Below, piece after piece: positions 21,456 through 31,377 of a DNA stretch of 64,000 nucleotides. The stretch comes from Acidimicrobiia bacterium. Lineage in GTDB: Bacteria > Actinomycetota > Acidimicrobiia > Spongiisociales > UBA5794. The position numbers and the translations under genes are program-made. Location of the stretch: positions 192,488 to 256,487 of the forward strand of contig JAWKJB010000003.1 of assembly GCA_041393965.1 (NCBI GenBank), written 5' to 3'. The notes under the pieces were generated by a model. The model was not told the origin of the DNA. It was given only the letters and a program-made list of their open reading frames with translations, and made no database searches. How positions within the stretch are numbered: position 1 is the stretch's first letter; each line of letters opens with the position of its first letter.

Positions 21456-22790
21456 ATGCCTCCCGACGCACCTTCACCGCTCGTCACGCAGGATCACATC
21501 GCGGGGCTGCGTTCCCAACTCCGAGGGCGAGGAGAGCTGCGAATCGGCGAGATCATCGTCGATCTCGACCCGTTCGATTTCGCGCGAACCGGCGCTCCCC
21601 TTGTCGATCGAGCCGTCGCGTTCTCAGGGCCGAGTGGAACCCGCGTCGCGGGACTCGGAACGGCATGGCGAGCGAGTTCGGAAGGACCGAGCCGGTTCGT
21701 CGACCTCAACGAGCGTCTTCAGGAACTCGACGGTCTCGGTGTTCGAGCATTTCTCGGCTTCTCGTTCCTGCCGTGGGCAGGCAATGGCTCGATCTGGGGA
21801 GGGTATGAGCCTGCCGAGGCGTTCGTTCCAAGGATCATGATCGAAGGTGTCGACGGCGGGTCTCGGATACGCGTTGCCGCACCGACAGCAGATGCGGTCG
21901 AACCGACCCTCGAGCTCCTCGCGTCGATGCGTAAGCCGGTGTGGCGGCCATTCGAGGATCCCGGCAACCACGCCACGGAAGCCAACCCGTCCGTGTCGGA
22001 TTGGGCCAAAGCCGTCGAGCTCGCCGTCGAAGCGATCGATCGGGGCGATCTCGACAAGGTCGTCCTCGCCAGGTCGGTTCTCGTGCGTTCGGCTGAACCT
22101 CCCCCCATTCTTCGCATGTTCAGGGAACTCGTTCGGACCTACCCGGGGTGCTACAACTTCGCATGGAAATCCCACGACGCCGTCTTTATGGGCGCGAGCC
22201 CGGAGCTGCTCGCTTCGGTTCACGGACGGGACCTGCGGGCCAACCCCCTTGCCGGCAGCGCGCCGCGGGGAGAAGGATCCGTTCAGGATGATCAGCTTGC
22301 GGCGGCGTTGCTGTCGTCGATCAAGGACCGAAAAGAGCACGCCTTCGTCGTCGATGCCATGGCTGGGCGCCTCGCTCCTCTCGCCGAGTCGATCACCGCT
22401 TCGGACGAGCCCCATCTCAAACAGATGTCCAGCGTGCAGCATCTGTCGTCCACGATCGACGCCACGCTGCATTCCGGCCATGGCCTGCTCGATGTGCTCG
22501 ACGCGGTCCACCCGACCCCTGCGGTGGGTGGGGTCCCCACCGCCGAGGCGCTCGCGCTCATCAACGAGCTTGAGGCCATCGATCGCGGCTGGTACACCGG
22601 TGGTGTGGGGTGGGTCGACGCGCACGGGGACGGTGTGGTCGCCCTCGGTCTTCGATGTGGACTGATTCGGGACACCACAACGCACCTGTTCGCGGGAGCG
22701 GGCATCGTCGAAGGCTCGGTCGCCGACGCCGAAGTACGCGAGACCCGTCTCAAGCTCGAACCCCTGCTCAAGCTGCTCACCGCTTCCTGA
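21456..22790 (+). CDS. menF: isochorismate synthase (chorismate-binding enzyme), menaquinone-specific by context
   Basis: C-terminal chorismate-binding signature (…GGVPTAEALALI…RGWYTGGVGW…AGAGIV…); adjacent to menD/menA/menB/menE. Confidence 0.8.
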   Translation: MPPDAPSPLVTQDHIAGLRSQLRGRGELRIGEIIVDLDPFDFARTGAPLVDRAVAFSGPSGTRVAGLGTAWRASSEGPSRFVDLNERLQELDGLGVRAFLGFSFLPWAGNGSIWGGYEPAEAFVPRIMIEGVDGGSRIRVAAPTADAVEPTLELLASMRKPVWRPFEDPGNHATEANPSVSDWAKAVELAVEAIDRGDLDKVVLARSVLVRSAEPPPILRMFRELVRTYPGCYNFAWKSHDAVFMGASPELLASVHGRDLRANPLAGSAPRGEGSVQDDQLAAALLSSIKDRKEHAFVVDAMAGRLAPLAESITASDEPHLKQMSSVQHLSSTIDATLHSGHGLLDVLDAVHPTPAVGGVPTAEALALINELEAIDRGWYTGGVGWVDAHGDGVVALGLRCGLIRDTTTHLFAGAGIVEGSVADAEVRETRLKLEPLLKLLTAS

Positions 22791-22806
22791 GTTCCCCTGC
22801 TGACGA

Positions 22807-24480
22807 TCAGGGCGTCTGCTCGGCGAGGGCCACTGAAACAGCTTGTTGGATGGTGTCGTGGACAGCGGCGTTCAACGACCGGTCCGTTTGAATCTCGACG
22901 AGGCCCGGTTGGCGCCCATCGTTGAGGCGGTCGCGGAGCTGGTCGACACGCTCGACCCGAGCCGCGGTGACGCCGAGGGAGGTAGCGATCGGGATGAGGG
23001 TGAACCCGTGTGGTGTCCCCCAATGGCGCTCATACAGGTCATCGGGAAGCACTGCGCTCGTTCGTTGCGGAAGGAATGAGAAGATGCCGCCTCCGTCATT
23101 GTTGATGACCACAACCGTGAGAGGTGCTTGAAGCCGGGCGAGTTCGGAGAGCCCCGAAAGGTCGTGGAGCGCAGCGATGTCGCCGATCACCGCAACGGTC
23201 GGCGTGCCGGTGAGGGCGCAGCCGATGGCGGTGCTGATCGAGCCGTCGATGCCGTTGACACCGCGGTTTGCGAGCACCGTCACATCGGGTCGTGCAACCC
23301 CGAAACGGTCGAGGTCCCTGATCGGCATCGATGAGGCCCCGAAGACGATCGATCCGGACGGCGCCGCTTCCATGACGGTCCGTGCCACGAGAGGCTCCGT
23401 GAGCCCGGATCCTTCGAGAGCCGACACGAGCGCGATCGACGCCGCACGATCCGCGGCCACCCATTCCGCGAGGTATGCGTGATCGGCGGTGCACCGCGGA
23501 TCCGATGCGACGAAGTCGAGCGGGTCGATATCGATATGGTCGAGCTGTGTCTCACCGAGCCGGACCAGCGGATCCTCGAGCCTCGATCGCCCAACGAGGA
23601 TCTGCGGGACGCCCGAGTGCGTCAGCCATGTCGCGACCGGCTTCGAGATCGGGAGTGGTCCGAATCGGAGAACGACATCGGGCGGCAAGCGGTCAAGCAT
23701 CCCAGCCCCGGCGAGGGCATCTCCTGCCCTGAGGGCGCCGTCAGAGGCGGGCCGGCACTGCGGATCGGCGAAGATCGAGGCGCCGAGCGCCGACGCGTAG
23801 CGACCGAGCGCCGCGGGGAACCGTCGGGGTTGCCCCCCGCCCGCGATGATGAGCACTCGACGCCCTTCCACAAGGTTGCGCATGTCGGGGACGACGACGG
23901 AGGCTTGCTCCGGGCGTCGGATCGGGTTGGCCGGGAGCGCAGCGGTGAGCGCCGAGGGGGTGAGCGGCTCATCGAGGGGGACATTCAGATGGACGGGGCC
24001 GGGAATCCCGTCCGTGGCGGTCGCCACGGCCGCGATCGCGGTGTCCGTGAGCGCCGGGGCGGAGATGTCGATATCAACGAACGCTTTGACATGCGTCGTG
24101 TAGAGGTGTTCCTGGTCGAGGGTCTGGGGTGCGGAGGTTCCCCGAAGTCGCAGCGGACGATCCGCGGTGACGACGATCATCGGAACGCCCGCCTGGTCAG
24201 CCTCGACGATGGACGGGTAGTAGTGGGTGGCAGCCGATCCTGATGTACTCACGACGATGGCGGGGGATTCGGTCGCTTTGGCCCACCCGAGTGCCATGAA
24301 CCCAGCCGATCGCTCATCCCGGATGGAGATGTCGTTGATTCGCTCCTCGGCGGCGAGTGCGAGCACAAGCGGTGTGTGGCGCGAGCCAGGCGACACGAAA
24401 GCGATCGTCACTCCGGCATCGGCGAGTCCGGAAACGAGATCACGGCAGCCAATCGAGGTCGGATTCGTTTCCGCGGTCAC
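22807..24480 (-). CDS. menD: 2-succinyl-5-enolpyruvyl-6-hydroxy-3-cyclohexene-1-carboxylate synthase (ThDP enzyme)
   Basis: 557 aa; ThDP-binding N- and C-domains (GDIAALHD…NNDGGGIF). Confidence 0.9.
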   Translation of the reverse strand: MTAETNPTSIGCRDLVSGLADAGVTIAFVSPGSRHTPLVLALAAEERINDISIRDERSAGFMALGWAKATESPAIVVSTSGSAATHYYPSIVEADQAGVPMIVVTADRPLRLRGTSAPQTLDQEHLYTTHVKAFVDIDISAPALTDTAIAAVATATDGIPGPVHLNVPLDEPLTPSALTAALPANPIRRPEQASVVVPDMRNLVEGRRVLIIAGGGQPRRFPAALGRYASALGASIFADPQCRPASDGALRAGDALAGAGMLDRLPPDVVLRFGPLPISKPVATWLTHSGVPQILVGRSRLEDPLVRLGETQLDHIDIDPLDFVASDPRCTADHAYLAEWVAADRAASIALVSALEGSGLTEPLVARTVMEAAPSGSIVFGASSMPIRDLDRFGVARPDVTVLANRGVNGIDGSISTAIGCALTGTPTVAVIGDIAALHDLSGLSELARLQAPLTVVVINNDGGGIFSFLPQRTSAVLPDDLYERHWGTPHGFTLIPIATSLGVTAARVERVDQLRDRLNDGRQPGLVEIQTDRSLNAAVHDTIQQAVSVALAEQTP

Positions 24481-24499
24481 TCGACGAGCCTACCGCCGT

Positions 24500-25372
24500 T
24501 CAGAACGCGATCCCGAGAGCGAGCAGCAGCGCCGTCATCATCTGGAGCTGACCGGTTCCCTTGAGAACCGAGATCAGCTCAGGACCGTCGGTTGTCGTGT
24601 GGATCGTCCGGACAAGCGGGATGGCAAGTGGCGCAACCACGACTGCCATGAGGCTCATCGTCGGGAGCCATCCGACGAAGGCAGCAACCACAATGACGAA
24701 GTACGCACCGAATAGGGTCACGGTGAACAGCCGCCGTGCGCGGGTACGACCGAGGACGACCGCCAGCGTTCGTTTTCCCGAATCGCGGTCGGTGTCGAGA
24801 TCGCGGATGTTGTTCGCCTGGAGGATTGCCGCGGCAAAGAGACCCATCGTCACACCTGCGGCCCACGCCTCGGACGAAACGGTCAGGTCGTACACATATC
24901 TGGTCCCTGCCGTAGCGACGAGACCGAAGAAGACAAAGACGAACAGCTCCCCCAATCCGTAGTAGCCATAGGGGATCGGCCCGTTCGTGTAGCCGAGGGC
25001 CGCGATGATCGACACCACGCCGATCGCAGCGATCACCCAGTCGGCGTACGCGATGAGGTAGACCCCTCCAATGGCTGCCACGCCGAACACGACGGTGATT
25101 CCGAGCTTCATCTCGGCTGGCCGAATCAACCCCGCTGAGACGGTCCTGAGGGGCCCGATACGCGCCTCGGTATCTGCACCCCGGTGCGCATCGGCGAGGT
25201 CGTTGGCGTAGTTGACCCCGACCTGGATGGCAAGGGCACACACGATGATGACGCAGAACGGGACGATCGCCGCGACCGAATCACGCCAGGCGCTTGCGGT
25301 GCCCACGACGACCGGCGCGATCCCGGCGACGAGGGTCGGGGGCCGTGCGGCAAGAACCCACCGGTTCGCCAT
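24500..25372 (-). CDS. menA: 1,4-dihydroxy-2-naphthoate polyprenyltransferase (UbiA family)
   Basis: start reset to MANRWVL… (25372) instead of the long ORF extension that overlaps menB; UbiA Asp-rich motifs (NYANDLADAHRGAD; NNIRDLDTDRDSGKRT); 8-9 TM helices. Confidence 0.85.
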   Translation of the reverse strand: MANRWVLAARPPTLVAGIAPVVVGTASAWRDSVAAIVPFCVIIVCALAIQVGVNYANDLADAHRGADTEARIGPLRTVSAGLIRPAEMKLGITVVFGVAAIGGVYLIAYADWVIAAIGVVSIIAALGYTNGPIPYGYYGLGELFVFVFFGLVATAGTRYVYDLTVSSEAWAAGVTMGLFAAAILQANNIRDLDTDRDSGKRTLAVVLGRTRARRLFTVTLFGAYFVIVVAAFVGWLPTMSLMAVVVAPLAIPLVRTIHTTTDGPELISVLKGTGQLQMMTALLLALGIAF

Positions 25373-25433
25373 CACCGGAACATCAGTGGCCTGTCGCACG
25401 AACAACGAAGACCCCCGTTCGGGCGACACACCA

Positions 25434-26369
25434 CTAGAAGTGCCATGGGAAGTGCGAGTAGTCCTGCGGGCGCTTCTCCAAGAAGGCGTCCCTTCCCTCA
25501 CGCGCCTCGTCGGTTCCGTATGCCAAACGGGTCGCTTCCCCTGCGAACAGCTGCTGTCCCACCAAGCCGTCGTCGAGGAGGTTGAACGCGTACTTGAGCA
25601 TCCTCTGCGCCGTCGGGCTCTTGGCCGTGATCTCGGCCGCCCACCGCAGCGCAACGGTCTCGAGATCCGCGTGGGGGATGGAGGCGTTCGCCATGCCCAT
25701 CGCGACGGCCTCGTCTGCGCTGTAGGTTCGACCGAGGAAGAAGATCTCTCGTGCCCGCTTCTGGCCGACTTGTTTGGCGAGCAGCGCTGATCCGTAGCCT
25801 CCGTCGAAACTTGCGACATCCGCATCGGTCTGCTTGAACTTCGCGTGTTCGGTCGATGCGAGGGTCAGGTCGCACACGACATGGAGGCTGTGGCCGCCGC
25901 CCACCGCCCATCCCGGTACGACGGCGATCACGACCTTCGGCATGAAGCGGATCAGTCGCTGGACTTCGAGGATGTGGAGTCGCCCGAGCCGCGTCGCGTC
26001 GACACCGTCGGCTCCCTCGTAGCGATAGCCGTCCTTGCCACGGATGCGCTGGTCCCCACCGGAGCAGAACGCCCACCCGCCATCGATCGGCGAGGGTCCG
26101 TTCCCGGTCAGGAGCACACAACCGACATCGGACATCATGCGGGCATCGTCGAGTGCTCGATACAGCTCATCCACCGTCGCGGGTCTGAAGGCGTTCCGGA
26201 CTTCGGGTCGATCGAACGCGATGCGGACTGCGGAGCCCTCGACCGCCCGGTGGTAGGTGATGTCGGTGAAATCGAAGCCGGGAACCGTTTCCCATGCTTC
26301 GGGATCGAAGATGTCCGAAACCACGCTGCCTCCGGTCGTGCGGTCCGCGGTACTGTAGCGACCATGCAA
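25434..26369 (-). CDS. menB: 1,4-dihydroxy-2-naphthoyl-CoA synthase (crotonase family)
   Basis: near-identical motif layout to Mycobacterium MenB (…FDRPEVRNAFRP…GGDQRIRG…FKQTDADV…). Confidence 0.92.
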   Translation of the reverse strand: MHGRYSTADRTTGGSVVSDIFDPEAWETVPGFDFTDITYHRAVEGSAVRIAFDRPEVRNAFRPATVDELYRALDDARMMSDVGCVLLTGNGPSPIDGGWAFCSGGDQRIRGKDGYRYEGADGVDATRLGRLHILEVQRLIRFMPKVVIAVVPGWAVGGGHSLHVVCDLTLASTEHAKFKQTDADVASFDGGYGSALLAKQVGQKRAREIFFLGRTYSADEAVAMGMANASIPHADLETVALRWAAEITAKSPTAQRMLKYAFNLLDDGLVGQQLFAGEATRLAYGTDEAREGRDAFLEKRPQDYSHFPWHF

Positions 26370-27626
26370 CCCGACTCTCCGGTCGACTGGATGAACCGTT
26401 GGGCGGACATCGATCCGGATCGTGTCGCGCTGGTCACACCCGGAATCGAGCTCACCTACGGGAAACTTCGATCACTTGTGCGCGAGAGGGTCGGTCGTTT
26501 CGCCGAGGGCTCTGGGCTTGCCCCCATTGGGGTAACGATCGATCACACGACGGTTGTCGACCTGTTGGCCGCGACCGAAGGCGGAGCGGTGGTCCTTCCC
26601 TTCATCGGGGACGAGCCAACGGTGACGGCCCCGCCCGATGAAGACGATTGCTATGTGATCCCGACCTCGGGATCGGTCAGCCGGGCGAGGCTGGTGCGAA
26701 TCACCGCGAGCAACATCGCAGCCTCCGTGGTGGCGTCCCGGCAACATCTCGGAACCGGTGCATCCGATCGCTGGTTGCTGTGCCTGCCGCTCAACCATGT
26801 TGCAGGTCTCGCCATCTTATGGCGATCGCTCGAAGCCGGCGGTTCCGTTGCGATGGCTCCGTTCGATCGGGATCTCCCATCATTCATCGCCGCAACGGCC
26901 CCCACGATCGGCTCGTTCGTGCCGACCATGGTGAGGCGCCTCCTCAGATCGAATCCGGAGTGTCTCGGGTCGCTGCGCTTCTCGCTCGTCGGTGGGGCCG
27001 CCGTCGATAGTGCCCTTGTTGCGGCCGGGCGCCGAGCGGGAGCCGAGCTCCTCCCAACCTACGGGATGACCGAGACCACATCGCAGGTGGCGACGGTGCC
27101 ACCGGGTTCCGAGACGGGTGGTGCGCTACCGCTGCCAGGGATCGCTGTTCGGATCGTCGACAACCGGGGGGATGGGGTGCCGGTCGGCGTGCACGGGACT
27201 GTCACCGTCGAGGGCCCGATCGTGAGCCCCGGCTACCTCGGGGACCCGGAACGATTGATGCCCCTTGTTACGAACGATATTGGCTACTTCGATGGATCAG
27301 GGGCGCTTCACATCGTCGGGCGCGTGGACGACATCGTGATCAGTGGCGGGGAGAACATCTCGCTGCGGCATGTCGCCGAGAGGATCATCGCCATCGACGG
27401 CGTGGATGATGCGGTGGCCGTCGGGCTTCCCGACCCCGAATGGGGCTCGGTGGTCGCGGTGGTTGTTGAGACCACATTGCCGATCGACGAGCTGACGGCG
27501 TTCGCCCGCGCGGTGCTTGCGCCGCACGAGCAACCCAAACGGGTGGTCATCGTGTCCGAGCTGCCCCTCCTTCCCAACGGGAAGCACGATCGAGCCGCGG
27601 TCACCACCATCGCCGCGGCAGGGTAG
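26364..27626 (+). CDS. menE: o-succinylbenzoate--CoA ligase (adenylate-forming)
   Basis: ATG 26364 (alternative 26391); AMP-binding core (…TSGSVS…, TYGMTET, …GEN…); upstream ORF extension rejected (it overlaps menB on the opposite strand). Confidence 0.8.
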   Translation: MQPDSPVDWMNRWADIDPDRVALVTPGIELTYGKLRSLVRERVGRFAEGSGLAPIGVTIDHTTVVDLLAATEGGAVVLPFIGDEPTVTAPPDEDDCYVIPTSGSVSRARLVRITASNIAASVVASRQHLGTGASDRWLLCLPLNHVAGLAILWRSLEAGGSVAMAPFDRDLPSFIAATAPTIGSFVPTMVRRLLRSNPECLGSLRFSLVGGAAVDSALVAAGRRAGAELLPTYGMTETTSQVATVPPGSETGGALPLPGIAVRIVDNRGDGVPVGVHGTVTVEGPIVSPGYLGDPERLMPLVTNDIGYFDGSGALHIVGRVDDIVISGGENISLRHVAERIIAIDGVDDAVAVGLPDPEWGSVVAVVVETTLPIDELTAFARAVLAPHEQPKRVVIVSELPLLPNGKHDRAAVTTIAAAG

Positions 27627-27635
27627 GGTCACGGC

Positions 27636-28421
27636 ATGGATCTCGGACTCACCGGGAAGCGTGCACTGGTGGCGGCGGCTTCGAGGGGCCTCGGAGCCGC
27701 CATCGCCCGCCGACTCGCCGACGAGGGGTGCATCGTCGAGATCAGCTCACGACAAGCGGACAACGCCGTCACCACGGCGGAGGCCATCACCGCAGACACC
27801 CGGGGGGTCGTCACCGGCTGTGGGGTCGATGTGCGGGACGGGTCGGCGATCGAAGCCTGGATCGATGACGCCTCGGATCGGTTCGGTGGCATCGACATCG
27901 TGATCCCCAATGCTGGCGGGCCACCCCAGCAGGCGTTCTCGTCGACGACGCCCGATGACTGGGATGCCGCCTACGAGCTCACTCTTCGCTCAGCGATGAT
28001 GTTCGCTCGCGCTGCGAGACCCCACTTGCGGGCGGGCGGCACGATGCTGTATCTGACTTCATCTTCGGTCAAAGAGCCGATCCCGCAGCTTGCGCTCTCG
28101 GGGATCTTCCGGGCCGGTGTTGCAGCCCTTGCCAAGACCCTTGCCACCGAATGGGCGTCGGACGACATCAGGGTCAATCACCTCATCCCCGGCAGGATCG
28201 CGACCGAACGACTCGACGAACTCGATCGCGCTGCGGCCGACCGGCTCGGGATCTCATTCGACGACGCGCGTGAGCGCAGCGAGTCGGCACTTCCGATGGG
28301 GCGCTACGGGCAGCCCGGCGAGTTTGCGGCGGCAGCGGCATTTCTCGTGTCTCCTGCGGCCTCGTACATCACCGGGGCAACCCTCCAGGTCGACGGGGGT
28401 CTCCTGCGCACGATGCTGTAG
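27636..28421 (+). CDS. SDR family NAD(P)-dependent oxidoreductase
   Basis: TGxxxGxG-like N-terminus (ALVAAASRGLGAAIARRL), NAG motif, YxxxK-type catalytic region. Confidence 0.8.
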   Translation: MDLGLTGKRALVAAASRGLGAAIARRLADEGCIVEISSRQADNAVTTAEAITADTRGVVTGCGVDVRDGSAIEAWIDDASDRFGGIDIVIPNAGGPPQQAFSSTTPDDWDAAYELTLRSAMMFARAARPHLRAGGTMLYLTSSSVKEPIPQLALSGIFRAGVAALAKTLATEWASDDIRVNHLIPGRIATERLDELDRAAADRLGISFDDARERSESALPMGRYGQPGEFAAAAAFLVSPAASYITGATLQVDGGLLRTML

Positions 28422-28444
28422 CCCAAGCGGAAGACAACGAAGCG

Positions 28445-30379
28445 TTACAGCCCGATCTTGCGCATGAACGCGTTGGCGTTCGGTTCGCGGCCGAGGAATG
28501 CTCGCAGGTGTTCAATGGCGTCTCGTGACGAACCCGCAGCGAGGATTTCTCGTCGGAAGCGAGCCCCCACCTCCGTTGACAGGACGCCTTGCTGTTCGAA
28601 CACGGAGAACATGTCGTCTCCGTAGACCATCGACCACAGGTACCCGTAGTAGCCGGCGTCGTAGCCGCCGAGGAGGTGGCCGAATCCCGCGGCGAAGAAG
28701 GTGTCCTCGTGGAACGGCAACAGGGTCAGCTCGTGGGCTTGACGATCGATGACCGACATGTCGGGGCTCGGTCCCGATGTGTGAAAGGCGAGATCGAGGG
28801 TGCCGTAGTAGATCTGGCGGAGGGTCTTGAGGGCGATGTTGTGATCGCGCAGCTTCACCAATCCTTCGATCAATGCGTCGGGTATCTCGGTCCCGGTCCG
28901 GTGATGGCGTGCGTAGCGTTTGAGAATCTCGGCGTTCCACATCCAGTTCTCCATGATCTGGGATGGTGCTTCGACGAAGTCCCACTCGGTGTCGAAACCC
29001 GCGAACCGTTGCATGTCCACCTCGGTGAGGCACTCATGGAGGGCATGGCCGAATTCATGGAACAGGGTCACGGCCTCATCGTGGCGGAGCAACGATGGTG
29101 CATCCGCGGTGGGCTTCGTGAAGTTCGCGAGGATCGCCGCGCTCGGCATGCGGTAGGTCCCGTCGCTGAGACGGCATCCCTTCTGGAGCGACCAGCACGC
29201 CGCATGCGAGTACTTGCCCTCGCGGGGATGCAGATCGAGATGAAACACGGCCACCGACCGACTGGTCGCGCCGTCGATGATGCGGTAGGTGCGGACCTCG
29301 TCGTGCCAGGTTCGGACATCGTCGACCTGTTCGTATATCAAGCCGAATACCCGGCCGGTGATGTCGAACATGGCGTCGATGACCAACTCGAGCGGGAAGT
29401 ACTGCGCCACCTCGTTGTGGTCGACACCGAAATCGTTCCGGGCCTGCTGCGTGTCGTAGTAGACCCAGTCCCATGTGGACAGCTCGGCGCCGGGCTCGTC
29501 GGCATCGAGCAGCCGCGCGAGGGCAGCGAGTTCCTCGCGGGCCTTCTCCGTGAGACCCGGCGTGATGCTTGCATACAGCGCGTTGACCGCGTCCGTATCG
29601 GCCATCTTGATCTCCATCTGGTGGTCGGCCCATGTCGGGAACCCGAGAAGCTCGGCCATATGGGACCTGATCGCTATGGCTTCGGCGAGGATGGGTCGAT
29701 TCGGCTCGACCGCCTGATTCAAGTATTTGTGCTGAAGCACACGCCGGTTGGAGCGGTTCGCCGCCTGTTGCATGAACGGCTGATAGTCGGGGTAGTCGAG
29801 GGTGACGCGCACCGAGCCAGGTGTCTCGCCTTCCGACAACGACTCCACGAACACGGCTGGCAGTCCTTCGAGATCATCCCGTGCGACATCGAGATGATCG
29901 GTGTGTTCGGCGATGTTGCGATTGAACGACACCTCGAGTTCGATGAGTCGCGATCGGAGCCGCTGGAGTTCCTCGCGCTGATCTGCGTCGAGGCTGTGGC
30001 CGGCACGGCGGAGGTCGCGTAACCACCACGACAGCGATCGCGATTCGTTCCCGGTGACGCTTCGGGGATCCACGGCGTGTACGGCGGCATTGATGTCCGA
30101 CCTGAAGATGAGATCCGAAGCCCATTTCTCGAGGCGTTCCCTCGCGTCGTTCCCCGCATCGCGCACCCCCTTGTCGGGATGGCAGTTGGCGAGGAATGGC
30201 CCGTAGCCGCTTGCGTCTTGCACGATGCCCATCGCGGCGTCGAGTGGTGCCACGCGGTCTGCAAAGACATCAGACGGTGCCGAACAGGCCCCTTCGACGA
30301 GCAGCTCTGCGGCGGCGATGGCACGGTCGACGGCATCGGCGATGCTTGTCGGCGTCGCGGTCGATAGGTCGTGACCCAT
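28445..30379 (-). CDS. M3 family metallopeptidase (oligopeptidase A / peptidyl-dipeptidase Dcp-like)
   Basis: 644 aa; HEXXH zinc motif (FHEFGHALHE) with downstream Glu; thimet-oligopeptidase-like architecture. Confidence 0.85.
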   Translation of the reverse strand: MGHDLSTATPTSIADAVDRAIAAAELLVEGACSAPSDVFADRVAPLDAAMGIVQDASGYGPFLANCHPDKGVRDAGNDARERLEKWASDLIFRSDINAAVHAVDPRSVTGNESRSLSWWLRDLRRAGHSLDADQREELQRLRSRLIELEVSFNRNIAEHTDHLDVARDDLEGLPAVFVESLSEGETPGSVRVTLDYPDYQPFMQQAANRSNRRVLQHKYLNQAVEPNRPILAEAIAIRSHMAELLGFPTWADHQMEIKMADTDAVNALYASITPGLTEKAREELAALARLLDADEPGAELSTWDWVYYDTQQARNDFGVDHNEVAQYFPLELVIDAMFDITGRVFGLIYEQVDDVRTWHDEVRTYRIIDGATSRSVAVFHLDLHPREGKYSHAACWSLQKGCRLSDGTYRMPSAAILANFTKPTADAPSLLRHDEAVTLFHEFGHALHECLTEVDMQRFAGFDTEWDFVEAPSQIMENWMWNAEILKRYARHHRTGTEIPDALIEGLVKLRDHNIALKTLRQIYYGTLDLAFHTSGPSPDMSVIDRQAHELTLLPFHEDTFFAAGFGHLLGGYDAGYYGYLWSMVYGDDMFSVFEQQGVLSTEVGARFRREILAAGSSRDAIEHLRAFLGREPNANAFMRKIGL

Positions 30380-30393
30380 GAACCGATGTGCCG

Positions 30394-31377
30394 TCAGGAC
30401 CCTGGCCCAGCCAGCACGCGGACGGGGAGATGCCGGGCTGTCACATCTGGCCCGGTGTCGAGTTCAACGGGGGTCACGCCGGGCGTCATCAGCACGACAT
30501 CGAGCGGGAGGCCGAGCCAGCCGCCGATGAGGGGAAGGTCAGATGCCCACGAGGTCGAGAGGTACCCGTAGCCTTCGGTTGCGTCTCGCAGGTCGGTCGT
30601 CGACAGCAGATCGCGCATGCCGCTCGTCCAGCGTGTGGCGCCGATGTTGCCGATCACGATGACCGGGTTCGACGCCGAGTCGATGATCGTGCGAATCGTG
30701 TCGAGGCGTGCGGCGAGGCGATCTGCCTTTGCGGCATTCGACGCCGTCGGCCCGAGTGCGGTCACGATGTCGTAGGTAGTCCCATTGCCGTCCGCCGTCA
30801 CCCGGGTGACCGTGTCGCTCCCGACGCCGGTCGGAGTCACCGCGACCTCCCATCGTTCCCTTGCAAGCACGACCTGGCCCGCGGTGTTGTCCATGTCGGG
30901 TGCAAGCAGCACAAGCCAGGCCCCGTCGGTCGCGGTGATCTCGTCGACGAGCTCGGTGGTCGCACCCGAAATGAGGAGCACATCTGCGTCAGAGGCAGCC
31001 GCCCAGTCGGTGGCCTCTTCCTGGTCGGAGAAGCCGCCGGTCGCATCGAGGTGGATCACCACGAGGCTGCTCTCGCCGATCGAGTCGGGCTGTGACCCGA
31101 GCCAAAGCGGTGCGAGCACGAAGGCGTTGGCCGCCATGGCGACGAGCATGGCGACGACAAGCCATCCCTTGGCCGTGAGCGCGTAGATCACCGAGGCGAT
31201 GAGGAGCACCCACAGCAGGTACCACCGGAGGTTGGCGACATAGTCGAACGGCCACCACACCGAACCGAAGAAGCCGACAACCGTCGCAATGGTGGCGAGT
31301 CCTCCAACGATCATCGTCGCGACGATGACGAAGAGGCGGAAGCCTGCAACCGTCCCGGTGTCTGTCCAAGCAATCAC
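30394..31377 (-). CDS. membrane protein with degenerate endonuclease/exonuclease/phosphatase (EEP)-like domain
   Basis: GTG start at 31377 overlapping the upstream stop (GTGA); 3-4 N-terminal TM helices; weak EEP-like segments (…DVLLISGATTE…; …LPLDVVLMT…); alternative ATG 31314; function unknown. Confidence 0.4.
   Translation of the reverse strand: MIAWTDTGTVAGFRLFVIVATMIVGGLATIATVVGFFGSVWWPFDYVANLRWYLLWVLLIASVIYALTAKGWLVVAMLVAMAANAFVLAPLWLGSQPDSIGESSLVVIHLDATGGFSDQEEATDWAAASDADVLLISGATTELVDEITATDGAWLVLLAPDMDNTAGQVVLARERWEVAVTPTGVGSDTVTRVTADGNGTTYDIVTALGPTASNAAKADRLAARLDTIRTIIDSASNPVIVIGNIGATRWTSGMRDLLSTTDLRDATEGYGYLSTSWASDLPLIGGWLGLPLDVVLMTPGVTPVELDTGPDVTARHLPVRVLAGPGS

Noticed and set aside
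24500-25825. N-terminal extensions of the listed ORFs for menA (to 25825), menE (from 25845), the PQQ lipoprotein (to 33305), the Rieske protein (from 50849), DsbB-like (to 62039) and pgsA (from 2805)
   Set aside because: The extensions overlap neighbouring genes, lack family similarity, and are Arg/Pro-rich. Internal starts coincide with family-typical N-termini or signal peptides and with stop/start coupling.
28589-30022. 477-aa ORF on the plus strand opposite the M3 peptidase
   Set aside because: The minus strand carries the HEXXH metallopeptidase with full-length family resemblance; the plus frame has no features.
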